From: an uncultured virus (IMG/VR IMGVR_UViG_3300028840_003366)
Lineage: Duplodnaviria; Heunggongvirae; Uroviricota; Caudoviricetes
Virus record (IMG/VR): IMGVR_UViG_3300028840_003366
DNA: 64,000 nucleotides
Strand: one strand, 5' to 3'
Position 1 is the first letter of the stretch. Every line of letters begins with the position of its first letter. The notes under the pieces were generated by a model, which did not search any database, was not told the origin of the DNA, and saw only the letters and a list, made by a program, of their open reading frames with translations. Made by a program: the position numbers and the translations under genes. Below, piece after piece: positions 1 through 8,837 of the stretch.

Positions 1-200
1 CGGAATCGTGTTTCTCCATCCTTTATAACTTTGTTGCAAGAGGAGCAGCGAAGAATAATCTTTTTCTGTCTCTTTTTTTTCTCCGGTTTTATATTTCCAT
101 AGATACAATTTGGGTAATGAGTGCCATCACATTGTCCTGTTTGAGTATCAATACGAAAATATTCACAAGTATCAACTAAAGGACATTTTTTATCATTCAT
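1..200 (-). CDS. Cys-rich hypothetical protein, truncated by window edge
   Basis: Read manually: ATG at 200 overlaps the polymerase stop (ATGA); MNDKKCPLVDTCEYFR...RCSSCNK stays open to position 1. Confidence 0.55.
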   Translation of the reverse strand, partial: MNDKKCPLVDTCEYFRIDTQTGQCDGTHYPNCIYGNIKPEKKKRQKKIILRCSSCNKVIKDGETRF

Positions 201-1588
201 TTTGGAATCTCCTTCTCCTCTTTCTCGGACCAACTTCCTCCAATAGGGCATACTTCAGCTTCAACTTCAAGTGGAACATTGATCCATTTCCATTCATTAG
301 TTAGTTGAGTTGTCATAACAGTATTGGCCAACATCAAAAAATCATCCAGCTCCTTTGCTGGAACATCAGCCAGAATACTGTCATGAATCTGTCCCACAAT
401 CAGTGTTTTCATCTTATGTTTTTTCAATTCACGCACAAGCCTTGTCAATGACCAGAGCAGGCAATGAAAGGCTGAACCCTGCACCGGATAATTGATAACC
501 TCATTGCGCTTCATAAAGCCCTGGCAAATAAATCCAGTCTTAGTCAGCATCCATCCTCTGCTCACATATTTCTGATACCATTTCTTTTTCCATTGAGCAT
601 AGACTTTGAATCGTTTTCCCCAGAAAGCCTTTTCAACCTGTTGGATATGATATTCAAATGAACCTTTGTGTGGGCTTTCCTGGGGATTGCAATCACCTAA
701 TTCCCGTATCCCCTGGCTTTGTAAATGGCGTTTTAAGGGCATTTCATCCTTTGTACATAGTTTTGCTGTGTCTATAGCGCCCCACAGTGCTCTGGCGCAG
801 TCTGTGTACATAGAACCGTAGAATTGAGGGAATACGAAACAGTTTTTTCCGTAGAATCTGATATCCTTTGTTACCTGCCCGGACTTGAGTTTGTAGCATT
901 CTATAGCCATGTCCCGGTGCAAATCCAATTTGGGATTGCCGATGTAGTCTATCATCCTTGGATCTTTGTGATAGGCCGCGGCTATTGCCACCTCAATGCC
1001 GCTATAATCAATTTCCACCAGCTGATGACCTTCTCTGGCAATAAATGCTTTTCTGATCAGATTGCCAAGCTCTTTATCACGAACAGGTATGTTTTGAAAA
1101 TTAGGGGAATCAGAAGATGAACGGTACGTGCGAGTGATGTGAAGATTAAAAAAAGGATGCAAAAAACCGTCCACTACTTCCTTCTGAATTCCCCTTAAAT
1201 AGGTTGTCAATGCCTTCTGTAGTTTTTTGATCTGAAGATATTTTTCTACGAATGGATGGTCTACAGTCATAAGGGTTTTTTCGTTTGTTCTGTACTTCCC
1301 TGTCTTCGTTCTCTCAGGACAGGGAATTTCCATATGCTCAAACAATATCTTTCCCAGTTGATCGTTGGAATTGAAATTGGTTTTGTTTCCAAACACTTTC
1401 TTCCATGTCCGGGCAACCTTTCCTTTTTCCAATTCAGTTTGCAACCGTTGAATTCTCTTTTCAGTTTTTCGTATGGTCTTTTTCAAATATACAGTATCAA
1501 TCTTGATACCATTTCCTTCAATCTCAGCCAGGGCTATTGCCCCATCATGTAGGAGTTTGTAAGCTGATCTCTTGTATGGGATCACCAT
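197..1588 (-). CDS. Family A DNA polymerase, polymerase (thumb/palm/fingers) domain only
   Basis: RSSSDSPNFQNIP, motif A EIDYSGIE, DLH, variant motif B RFYGKNCFVFPQFYG, NYPVQGSA, motif C QIHDSI. Confidence 0.95.
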   Translation of the reverse strand: MVIPYKRSAYKLLHDGAIALAEIEGNGIKIDTVYLKKTIRKTEKRIQRLQTELEKGKVARTWKKVFGNKTNFNSNDQLGKILFEHMEIPCPERTKTGKYRTNEKTLMTVDHPFVEKYLQIKKLQKALTTYLRGIQKEVVDGFLHPFFNLHITRTYRSSSDSPNFQNIPVRDKELGNLIRKAFIAREGHQLVEIDYSGIEVAIAAAYHKDPRMIDYIGNPKLDLHRDMAIECYKLKSGQVTKDIRFYGKNCFVFPQFYGSMYTDCARALWGAIDTAKLCTKDEMPLKRHLQSQGIRELGDCNPQESPHKGSFEYHIQQVEKAFWGKRFKVYAQWKKKWYQKYVSRGWMLTKTGFICQGFMKRNEVINYPVQGSAFHCLLWSLTRLVRELKKHKMKTLIVGQIHDSILADVPAKELDDFLMLANTVMTTQLTNEWKWINVPLEVEAEVCPIGGSWSEKEEKEIPK

Positions 1589-1782
1589 TCCATACCTTTA
1601 TGAAGTATGATTGTGAATGCTTGTTCTTTTGTAAATCCAGTGTCTATGAGTGCTTCATATTTAGCATGCAGCAATTTGGCCATAGGTTTGATCATATCTT
1701 CAACCAACTCTTGGCTTCCTTGCAGTTGTCTCAAAGTCTCTTCAAGTTCTTTTCTTGAAGGCATTTTCTTGTCATTTCCCAT
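1582..1782 (-). CDS. Small hypothetical protein between the two polymerase halves
   Basis: 66-aa ORF overlapping both neighbours; YEALIDTGFTKEQAF resembles a common small phage protein motif. Confidence 0.6.
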   Translation of the reverse strand: MGNDKKMPSRKELEETLRQLQGSQELVEDMIKPMAKLLHAKYEALIDTGFTKEQAFTIILHKGMEW

Positions 1783-2977
1783 TGAATATCTTTCTTTGTC
1801 TTTTCATAATCATGTATTCTGTCAAACTATCTATACCATTATAAATTAACAGCTCTTTCGGATCAATCTGATCAATCCGGTTGAATCCATTTGAATTCTT
1901 GCCATAGAGGTATGGAGCAATATGAGAATCGTAATCCGATAATCCAAGATGAATATAGGCTTGGAATTTGATTGAAGAAATTCCCGAACGATTGTCAAGA
2001 CAATGAGCAGCAAGCATCGTATCCCAATACCAGCTTTTTACACCATGACCAAGTATTGCTCTGGTCCACCTCTCCTCAAACTTCATATTGCTTGCCACCT
2101 TCTTCAGGTGTTTGCTTTTCAATATATCAGATAGAACACTCTTTGTTCGGTGATCTTCATCTATTCCACAAGCAAACGTATCCTTTCCATTTAGACAAAA
2201 AGAGACAGAGATGATCTTATGTCCTTTCTTGTCAGGTTTCAAGCCATTAGTCTCATAATCAAAAGCCAGTACTCCTTCCTTGGTGCTGAGGTTTGCCATC
2301 CTTGTTCTTGCGTGATCTGGATCAAGGATCACTTCCACCTTACTCTTCAGATTTTCAAGTGAATATTTCTTTACTTTCTTATTCTCAAGACTGATTGCTT
2401 TCTTCAGATGCTGTCTGAATATCTTCACCAATAGCTCATCCTCACCCATTCTCAAGATATAGGAGGGATGATAGGTAGGACAGAGCCAAGCCTTGTACTG
2501 TGGGCTGGGAATAGTCCATCCAATCCATTTTGTCAATGGGCCAATATCTTTTTTCCATTCCTGAAACAACAGACTCTCCAGAGCTGATTTTCCCAGTGCT
2601 ATAATCACAGCCGGTCTCAACCGTTTGATGGTTTTCAATAGGTTGGGACGACAACATTGAATCATGTGTTTTTCAATCTTATTGTTGGGAGGTCTGCAGA
2701 TGACAGTATTCGTTTTCCAACAATCATCCAAATCAATATCAATATCATCCAACACATCTCTCAGTAGCTGACCAGCATCCCCTATGAGCTGAACTCCCTG
2801 TCTATCTTCCTGTTCTCCTGGAGCTTCAGCGACAAAGAGAGTTTTACGTCTTCCCAGACCTGTTGTCTGCATCTTGGGACTAATGCATTTTTTATACAGT
2901 CCACATTTGCCACACCGGGAAATCTTTGGTGTTATCTTTTCTGATTTCAATTCCGAACCGCTGAAGAATCCACGCAT
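1772..2977 (-). CDS. UDG family 4-like domain fused to a DEDD 3'-5' exonuclease (N-terminal half of an SPO1-type polymerase)
   Basis: CxxCxL, AEAPGEQED, CRPP, TYHPSY (UDG4-like); FDYETNG, SNMKFE, WDTMLA, YNGID (Exo I-III); ATG at 2977 overlaps the upstream TAA. Confidence 0.9.
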   Translation of the reverse strand: MRGFFSGSELKSEKITPKISRCGKCGLYKKCISPKMQTTGLGRRKTLFVAEAPGEQEDRQGVQLIGDAGQLLRDVLDDIDIDLDDCWKTNTVICRPPNNKIEKHMIQCCRPNLLKTIKRLRPAVIIALGKSALESLLFQEWKKDIGPLTKWIGWTIPSPQYKAWLCPTYHPSYILRMGEDELLVKIFRQHLKKAISLENKKVKKYSLENLKSKVEVILDPDHARTRMANLSTKEGVLAFDYETNGLKPDKKGHKIISVSFCLNGKDTFACGIDEDHRTKSVLSDILKSKHLKKVASNMKFEERWTRAILGHGVKSWYWDTMLAAHCLDNRSGISSIKFQAYIHLGLSDYDSHIAPYLYGKNSNGFNRIDQIDPKELLIYNGIDSLTEYMIMKRQRKIFNGK

Positions 2978-3987
2978 TATTTTTTCTCTACACAAATGAC
3001 AAAATGAAAATTGTCCTTTTCAATCTTAATGCTTGATTCTCCAAAGATAACCTTTTTCGTTTTGGATAAAATCTCTTTGAGAAAATTCAGACTGACTGTG
3101 AATGATATGCTCTTGCCGGAATACTTGATGCTTCTCTTTTCTTCATACCAAACTCCATCCTTTTCTGTTCTGATCTTCAGAGCATTTTCTTTCAGTGTGA
3201 TATGAGCTTCCCCTAACTGATCCTGAACTACCTGGGCTCGTTCTATCGTATCAGAAATTGTCTTGGGGAAAGAACCTGAAACACCATCAATATTGAGTAT
3301 TGAATGCAGCATTTCATCATCAAAATATTCTATCTCCGAACAACGGAGTGAATATCTTATCCCATTTTCTGATAATAAATGAAGCCAGTTATCTTTTATT
3401 CCAGCTTTCTTTATTGTCTTGTTTCCAAGCAGAAGAATGGAATCAGATGGGATCATTATTTCCCGTTTGATAAATTTTGTAGTCACGTCAACACGAAAGA
3501 CTCTGTATCGGTCCGTAGCTTCAATAAAATTCTTTCGTACATGGACATGGGTGGTTTTGGGATTGGTGTGATCTCTCCCGCATATCTGAGCGCATTGGAA
3601 AAGATAGTGGAAGAAATTTTCCGATACTTTGAACAGCTTTCCAGGTTCAGGGACTTCAGTATACGGAAGCAGAATTTCCTTGAAGATAGTGATACCGGCT
3701 TTCTTTCTTTTCCCTGTCAGGACCAGCTCATTTCCATCCAGGTCAATACCTATCTGATCATCCGGGAATTTTTCAAGTAGCTTCAGGAAATCTGCTCCTA
3801 CAATTGAGAATGGTTGTTTGATACCTATATCATAGTCAGCTGAAGCAAATATCTCCCCATTGAAAGTGAAGATTTTCTTGTCTTTGAAAACAAAGGCGTT
3901 GGATTGTTCCAGTACTTCATTTGGCGTCAGGATACACTTCAGGCCATTTAGGACTGTGATGACTTCCGCTCTTTTCTTGACAGCCAT
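2977..3987 (-). CDS. DNA sliding clamp, beta-subunit-like
   Basis: 336 aa; EATDRYR resembles the ATDGHRL motif of beta clamps; three-domain length; adjacent to polymerase. Confidence 0.7.
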   Translation of the reverse strand: MAVKKRAEVITVLNGLKCILTPNEVLEQSNAFVFKDKKIFTFNGEIFASADYDIGIKQPFSIVGADFLKLLEKFPDDQIGIDLDGNELVLTGKRKKAGITIFKEILLPYTEVPEPGKLFKVSENFFHYLFQCAQICGRDHTNPKTTHVHVRKNFIEATDRYRVFRVDVTTKFIKREIMIPSDSILLLGNKTIKKAGIKDNWLHLLSENGIRYSLRCSEIEYFDDEMLHSILNIDGVSGSFPKTISDTIERAQVVQDQLGEAHITLKENALKIRTEKDGVWYEEKRSIKYSGKSISFTVSLNFLKEILSKTKKVIFGESSIKIEKDNFHFVICVEKK

Positions 3988-3999
3988 TTCTTTCTCCTT

Positions 4000-4113
4000 T
4001 TAATCATTCTGTCGAGTTCTTTTATGCTTATACTTCCATACGTGAACAAAGCGGCGATATCTCTTCCTGTATTTCAGCTGAATACTATTGCTTCCGACCA
4101 AGTAGATTATCAC
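4000..4113 (-). CDS. Mini-ORF C (MIIYLVG...), possibly a frameshifted third paralogue
   Basis: GTG overlaps the TGA of ORF B; 37 aa; an ALFTY segment matching VLFSF of ORFs A/B lies in the +1 frame. Confidence 0.45.
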   Translation of the reverse strand: MIIYLVGSNSIQLKYRKRYRRFVHVWKYKHKRTRQND

Positions 4114-4286
4114 CTTACTCTCTTCCTTCTATTCTGTTTCTGTCTCTTCATTTCCATCTCTTCAAAGAACTTCTTTCTCATATCTATGTAGTCAAAACTG
4201 AACAAGACATGGAGAAGCCTCGACTCACGAAGAGTGAACTCCTTTGAAGTTCTTTTGCTAATGAGACCAGCCAGATAGATGATCAT
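4110..4286 (-). CDS. Mini-ORF B (MIIYLAG...HVLFSFDY)
   Basis: 58 aa from the internal ATG; clear paralogue of ORF A. Confidence 0.65.
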   Translation of the reverse strand: MIIYLAGLISKRTSKEFTLRESRLLHVLFSFDYIDMRKKFFEEMEMKRQKQNRRKRVR

Positions 4287-4470
4287 CCTGTCTTCTTTCT
4301 GTTTTTTGTTTTTTCTTTTCAACCATTGCCTCGAATCTCTCTTTTGTTTCTGAAAATCCTTTCCTCATTTCTAAGTATTCAAAGCTAAACAAAACATGTT
4401 TAAGTCTTGGTTCACATATAAACACCACTGATTTTTTTCTTCTGATGTTACCTGCAAGATAAATGATCAT
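4258..4470 (-). CDS. Mini-ORF A (MIIYLAG...HVLFSFEY)
   Basis: 70 aa; ATG at 4470 overlaps the dpdA-like stop (ATGA coupling). Confidence 0.65.
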   Translation of the reverse strand: MIIYLAGNIRRKKSVVFICEPRLKHVLFSFEYLEMRKGFSETKERFEAMVEKKKQKTERRQDDHLSGWSH

Positions 4471-5426
4471 AGTAACGTCTTTCTCTTCTTGAGTTTTAGA
4501 GCCCATGGCCACCTCGGCAGATGGGCCTCAAACTCAGTGAAGGCATACAGGCAAGCATCAACTCTTCTCATTCTAGTGTTTGATACACCTGGAGATTCGA
4601 CTACTTCAATCTCTTCTCCTTTAACAAGCCAGTTCTCACCGTCCTTCTTCAAGACATAGTTTGGATTGACCTTTTTGTATGAACTTTCCCCAAAGGGAAT
4701 GCCGGCGCTCTCCAAGTATTCAAGAATATACCTTCTTAAGTAGGAAGGCTTGTTCCTGAAGTGGGTATTGGAACCAGGGTCTTTCTTAAACCCAACGTTT
4801 GAGACGGTAATGCTCTCAATAGAACCCCAATCGTATCCCTCTGTCTTTCCTTTCTTCGGGTAGAGAATGGAACCGAACCCTGGACTTATCACCCAAGAGG
4901 TGGAGTCCACAGAATACCAAGGATATCTTTTCATGAGACTGAAGCTGGTCATTCCAAATCCATGTACTTTTATCTTTGGTATTCCTTTGTTATCAGTAAG
5001 AATCTCTGACCATACCATATCTAAAAGCTGTCGTAAAATTACAGAAGAAACTCCAACCATCGCTCCAATACAAATGTAGTCATATCCTTCATCAATATAT
5101 CTCTGAAGCCATTTCACATCAGAATCAATATGCCAGACCGGACATGGTTTGAATCCCCGTTTCTCAAACCATTTCTGATTCTTGTAGGTAAGCTCAGCAT
5201 TCCCAATCACGTCAAGATTTGCATAAACATCAAAATGCTTGGCATGCTTTTTCAGAAAGCGAACGTATTCCCTTCGATATGTTTTGTATTCGTCTGAGCA
5301 AACGTAAGAATAATCATCCCGTGAACGACTCTTGAGAGTAGACATAGCCGATCCATCCATGCTTCCCTTTGATAATCTCTTATAGATACCAAAGGCTCCA
5401 CTATCAAGAAACAGCTTGATGCTCAT
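4467..5426 (-). CDS. dpdA: DpdA-like TGT-fold DNA 7-deazaguanine transglycosylase
   Basis: FLDSGAF, NLDVIG, PVWH, VHGFG, PWYSVDSTSW motifs; adjacent to folE/queE/queD/queC. Confidence 0.82.
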   Translation of the reverse strand: MSIKLFLDSGAFGIYKRLSKGSMDGSAMSTLKSRSRDDYSYVCSDEYKTYRREYVRFLKKHAKHFDVYANLDVIGNAELTYKNQKWFEKRGFKPCPVWHIDSDVKWLQRYIDEGYDYICIGAMVGVSSVILRQLLDMVWSEILTDNKGIPKIKVHGFGMTSFSLMKRYPWYSVDSTSWVISPGFGSILYPKKGKTEGYDWGSIESITVSNVGFKKDPGSNTHFRNKPSYLRRYILEYLESAGIPFGESSYKKVNPNYVLKKDGENWLVKGEEIEVVESPGVSNTRMRRVDACLYAFTEFEAHLPRWPWALKLKKRKTLL

Positions 5427-5433
5427 GATATTC

Positions 5434-7218
5434 CTACTTAATCATTTGGAACAATTCAGACCGTGAAGCATCTTTCTCTCTGAATACCCCAGTCAGGCTG
5501 GATGTGGTCATGATAGAATTTTGCTTCTGAACTCCCCTGGAAGTCATACAATTATGAACAATAATACCTTCTGCCGCAAAATTATTGAATTTATTTACTT
5601 CAATATCATATACTTCTTCTATACCAAGTTCTTCAATTTTTATTATTTTATGGTTACCTTCATTTTTAAGATAGCATTTTTGAGAACAAAACTTTTGTGT
5701 TTTTTCTAAATAGGCATACTTAACAAAAAATGTTTTTCCACATCCTAAACATGTTAATGGATTTCTAATTTTTTTGTTATGAGCAGGATGGCTTTTATTC
5801 TCATTTTTTTTCCCTTCAAAGTGTTTTTTTGAATGTTCTCCTCTCTTTAAGATAATTAAATTATTTAAGCTATTATCTAAGGTATTTCCATTTTTATGAT
5901 GAACAGCCTCAGAAGTTTTTAATTTCCTTCCAATTTTATTTTCTGCTAAAAATCTATGTTCATGTACATAGTCCCCATTATTTAAGGATAAAGTTTTGTA
6001 TTCTTCTCCATAGCACGAAAAAGGCATCAGACTATCACCTACAGAAAGCCCATCTTTAATTGTCAAATAATCTCCATTTTTATATTTTCTGTGTTTATTA
6101 TTATAACGATTATGAAGTTTGTGACGCAACATAAAAGGATGATCTTCCGTTACTTTAATAGACCCATTCATTTTTTTCTTTTTATATTGATTTTTTGAAA
6201 ACCATTCAAATGTTACTTTATATACTTTTTTTCTTCCTGATCTCCATATTTTAGATGCATTTCCAATTACAATTTTTTCTGTATTTTTATCATAACTATA
6301 AATAGGAAGATTTTGTTTTCCAACAAGAGTTTCTATCGGAACACCATCAGGAAAAATATTTCTATCAAGATAAGCCAATTGTATTTTAGTTCCTTTAGCA
6401 AGACAAAAGTGTTGGGCTTCCAAGATACAGGCAGAACCTAATGGTTTCAATTCCTCATCAAGCAATGATGTAATCTGTTGACAAAGCCTCTCCTGAATCT
6501 GAAGCCTTCGCGCAAAAACTTCAAGCACTCTAGCTAGTTTACTGATTCCTACAACTCTTCCATTTGGGATGTATGCTATATGAGCCTTGCCGAAGAATGG
6601 AAGCATGTGGTGTTCACACGTGCTAAAAAATTCCATGTTTTTCAGCAAAACAATCTCATCACTTGAATCGTCCTCAAACATCTTGAGAACAGATTTGGGA
6701 TCAACGTGATAACCACCATACAAGGTTTCCCACGATTTGATAACGCGATTAGGAGTCTCTATCAATCCCTCTCTGTGTATGTCTTCTCCAATATATTCAA
6801 TCATACGCACAATATTTTCCTGTGGGCCGGTCTCTTCACACATAGCTTCCCATGGAAAAACCAACCAGCCTGGAACTTCTCCCTTTGTCTTGTCATACAA
6901 AGCAATGAAAGGAATGTCTGGGAAATCCCTTTTGTACCTGTCTCTCGTAGCTCCGGAATCAATGATATCATCCACAAAGATATCGGCCTCCTCCGGTTTG
7001 TCAGCAAGAATATTGTTTGCATGAAGATGTTTCTGCAGCAGTAAGGCTGGAAATATTCCACCACGAGGAACACCATAGATACTTATCACTTTGTAGCATT
7101 CTGGTGGTAGATTCAATTCCTCTCTAATCTGAGTGGCCAGATTGACGGCTCTGAGAGAAACATCATCCCAACTCAGGAAATATTTATCAGCTTGTGTATC
7201 TGTACTGACAGCATCCAC
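5434..7218 (-). CDS. folE: Type I phosphoribosyltransferase fused to GTP cyclohydrolase I, intein-containing
   Basis: N-terminal GVPRGG, VDDIIDSGAT (PRPP loop), WLVFPWE; FolE motifs REGLIETPNR, STCEHHMLPF, GISKLAR, QIQERL, HF|CMTSRG. Confidence 0.92.
   Translation of the reverse strand: MDAVSTDTQADKYFLSWDDVSLRAVNLATQIREELNLPPECYKVISIYGVPRGGIFPALLLQKHLHANNILADKPEEADIFVDDIIDSGATRDRYKRDFPDIPFIALYDKTKGEVPGWLVFPWEAMCEETGPQENIVRMIEYIGEDIHREGLIETPNRVIKSWETLYGGYHVDPKSVLKMFEDDSSDEIVLLKNMEFFSTCEHHMLPFFGKAHIAYIPNGRVVGISKLARVLEVFARRLQIQERLCQQITSLLDEELKPLGSACILEAQHFCLAKGTKIQLAYLDRNIFPDGVPIETLVGKQNLPIYSYDKNTEKIVIGNASKIWRSGRKKVYKVTFEWFSKNQYKKKKMNGSIKVTEDHPFMLRHKLHNRYNNKHRKYKNGDYLTIKDGLSVGDSLMPFSCYGEEYKTLSLNNGDYVHEHRFLAENKIGRKLKTSEAVHHKNGNTLDNSLNNLIILKRGEHSKKHFEGKKNENKSHPAHNKKIRNPLTCLGCGKTFFVKYAYLEKTQKFCSQKCYLKNEGNHKIIKIEELGIEEVYDIEVNKFNNFAAEGIIVHNCMTSRGVQKQNSIMTTSSLTGVFREKDASRSELFQMIK
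5551..6405 (-). mobile_element. Intein (285 aa) with in-frame HNH homing endonuclease, inserted in FolE
   Basis: Starts CLAKGT, block B TEDHPF, HEHR...VHHKNGNTLDNSLNNL (HNH), Cys4 zinc finger, ends VYDIEV...IVHN followed by Cys+1; visibly AT-rich versus flanks. Confidence 0.93.
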
Positions 7219-7793
7219 AATGGATTCTCCTTTACAAATTCAACAGCAGACTCGAAGTCTTCACTGCAAGGCTGGATGTAGAAATGATTAAATCTGGTAT
7301 GTAGACGTAAGGGCAATTTCCTTATTAGTTCAACGTCAATATCTGGCTCAAGAACAATCTTCAATTCATCACCTGACCACTCTTTATCATCAAAGAATGC
7401 TGTACAATCTTCCACCATTATTTTTGGTGAGACTGTCACCCAGATGTTGCTAAGACGTGGGATACTTTTCAGATTGTATCCGTTGGTCTCTATGGCGATT
7501 TCATTAGGTGAAAGCATCAATGTGAGTTCTGTCAATAAAGGATTAAGATCGTATAAAGTTGGTTCTCCTCCTGTGATAACAATCAGAACAAATGGAGGCC
7601 ATCTTTGAGGCAAAAGTTCTCCTACCATCTGAACAATTTGCTCTTCTGACATCTTTTCATGTTTTGTATGGTTGGTATCACACCAAGGACATTTCAAATT
7701 GCAGCCAGACAATCGAATAAAAACTGCAGGGCGTCCGGCATAAAATCCTTCACCTTGCAAGCTGTAAAAGATTTGGTTTATGGGATATAGCAT
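7173..7793 (-). CDS. queE: 7-carboxy-7-deazaguanine synthase (radical SAM)
   Basis: IFYSLQGEG, CNLKCPWCDT, ITGGEP, IETNG, TVSPK, LSVQIHK. Confidence 0.95.
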   Translation of the reverse strand: MLYPINQIFYSLQGEGFYAGRPAVFIRLSGCNLKCPWCDTNHTKHEKMSEEQIVQMVGELLPQRWPPFVLIVITGGEPTLYDLNPLLTELTLMLSPNEIAIETNGYNLKSIPRLSNIWVTVSPKIMVEDCTAFFDDKEWSGDELKIVLEPDIDVELIRKLPLRLHTRFNHFYIQPCSEDFESAVEFVKENPLWMLSVQIHKLINIS

Positions 7794-8143
7794 GCCAGAT
7801 TTCCTTCGCTCTCTTGGACTGAGACTTTGGAAATACAGGGAATTTCATCCCCTTCCCATTCTTCATTAATTCTCTTCTGAATTTCAAAGGCAATCCAGAA
7901 GGCCATGTTCTCAGCCGTAGGATTTAAGGAAATATGATCATTGATATGAGAATGGTCCAACTGATTGACAATTTCCTTGATGTGTTTGAAATCAATCAGC
8001 ATTCCATTCTCATTCAGTCTTTCTCCTTGTACCTCTACAATCACATTCCAATTATGGCCATGAAGTTCTGAACAGGGAGAATCATAATCCAGATTCAGTC
8101 TATGGCTTCCGGCAATCTCAATCCTTTTTGAGATCGTATACAT
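7778..8143 (-). CDS. queD: 6-carboxytetrahydropterin synthase
   Basis: SHRL, CSELHGHNW, GMLIDF, LDH, PTAEN, VQES. Confidence 0.95.
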   Translation of the reverse strand: MYTISKRIEIAGSHRLNLDYDSPCSELHGHNWNVIVEVQGERLNENGMLIDFKHIKEIVNQLDHSHINDHISLNPTAENMAFWIAFEIQKRINEEWEGDEIPCISKVSVQESEGNLACYIP

Positions 8144-8812
8144 CTACTCTTCCTCATATTGAACAGGATCAATCTGACCAATATTTCTGAAGGCCTCCAA
8201 ACGTTCCTGACAAGCTCCACATTTTCCACACGCCAACTCCTGATCCTTGTAACAGGTACGAGTGAGTTGATATGGGAAAGGTTCTTTTGAAGATTCATAA
8301 CCATATTGAAGTATGGTTGTTTTGTTTCCGTGGAGAAAGGGAGCCTGAAGGGACACTTTCCCATCAGTCCCTTTCTCCACAGCCCAATCCATCGCATGAA
8401 AAAACTTGGGTCTACAATCTGGATAGATAAAATGATCCCCAGCATGTATTCCTAGAACCACTGTATCAAAATCACGGCTTTCTGCAATCCCTGCAAGAAT
8501 TGAAATGAAAATCATATTCCTGCCTGGAACAACAGTCTGTCTCATGGATTCAGATTCATAATGACCTTCAGGAATATTTCCACCATTCCTAAGCAGATTG
8601 GATCTGAGATGATTACCAATTGCTGACAGGTCTATCCGTATGAATTCCACTTCAAAGTGATAAGCCAGTTGCTCAGCACATTTCTGTTCATACGGATTGT
8701 GCTTGCTTCCATAGATGAAACCAACAGCAATAACTTCTTCACTATTATTGATAGCCCAGTCAAGAGCTGTTGCCGAATCCATCCCACCTGATAATGATAC
8801 TACCGACTTCAT
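8144..8812 (-). CDS. queC: 7-cyano-7-deazaguanine synthase
   Basis: SGGMDS, VVPGRN, YPDCRP, TCY...CGKCGAC. Confidence 0.96.
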   Translation of the reverse strand: MKSVVSLSGGMDSATALDWAINNSEEVIAVGFIYGSKHNPYEQKCAEQLAYHFEVEFIRIDLSAIGNHLRSNLLRNGGNIPEGHYESESMRQTVVPGRNMIFISILAGIAESRDFDTVVLGIHAGDHFIYPDCRPKFFHAMDWAVEKGTDGKVSLQAPFLHGNKTTILQYGYESSKEPFPYQLTRTCYKDQELACGKCGACQERLEAFRNIGQIDPVQYEEE

Positions 8813-8837
8813 GCTTAATCCTTTTTCTTTTTTTCTT

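Noticed and set aside
1582..1782. Intron or split intein joining the polymerase halves
   Set aside because: No intein termini or group I/II features seen; the interval is an ordinary overlapping ORF
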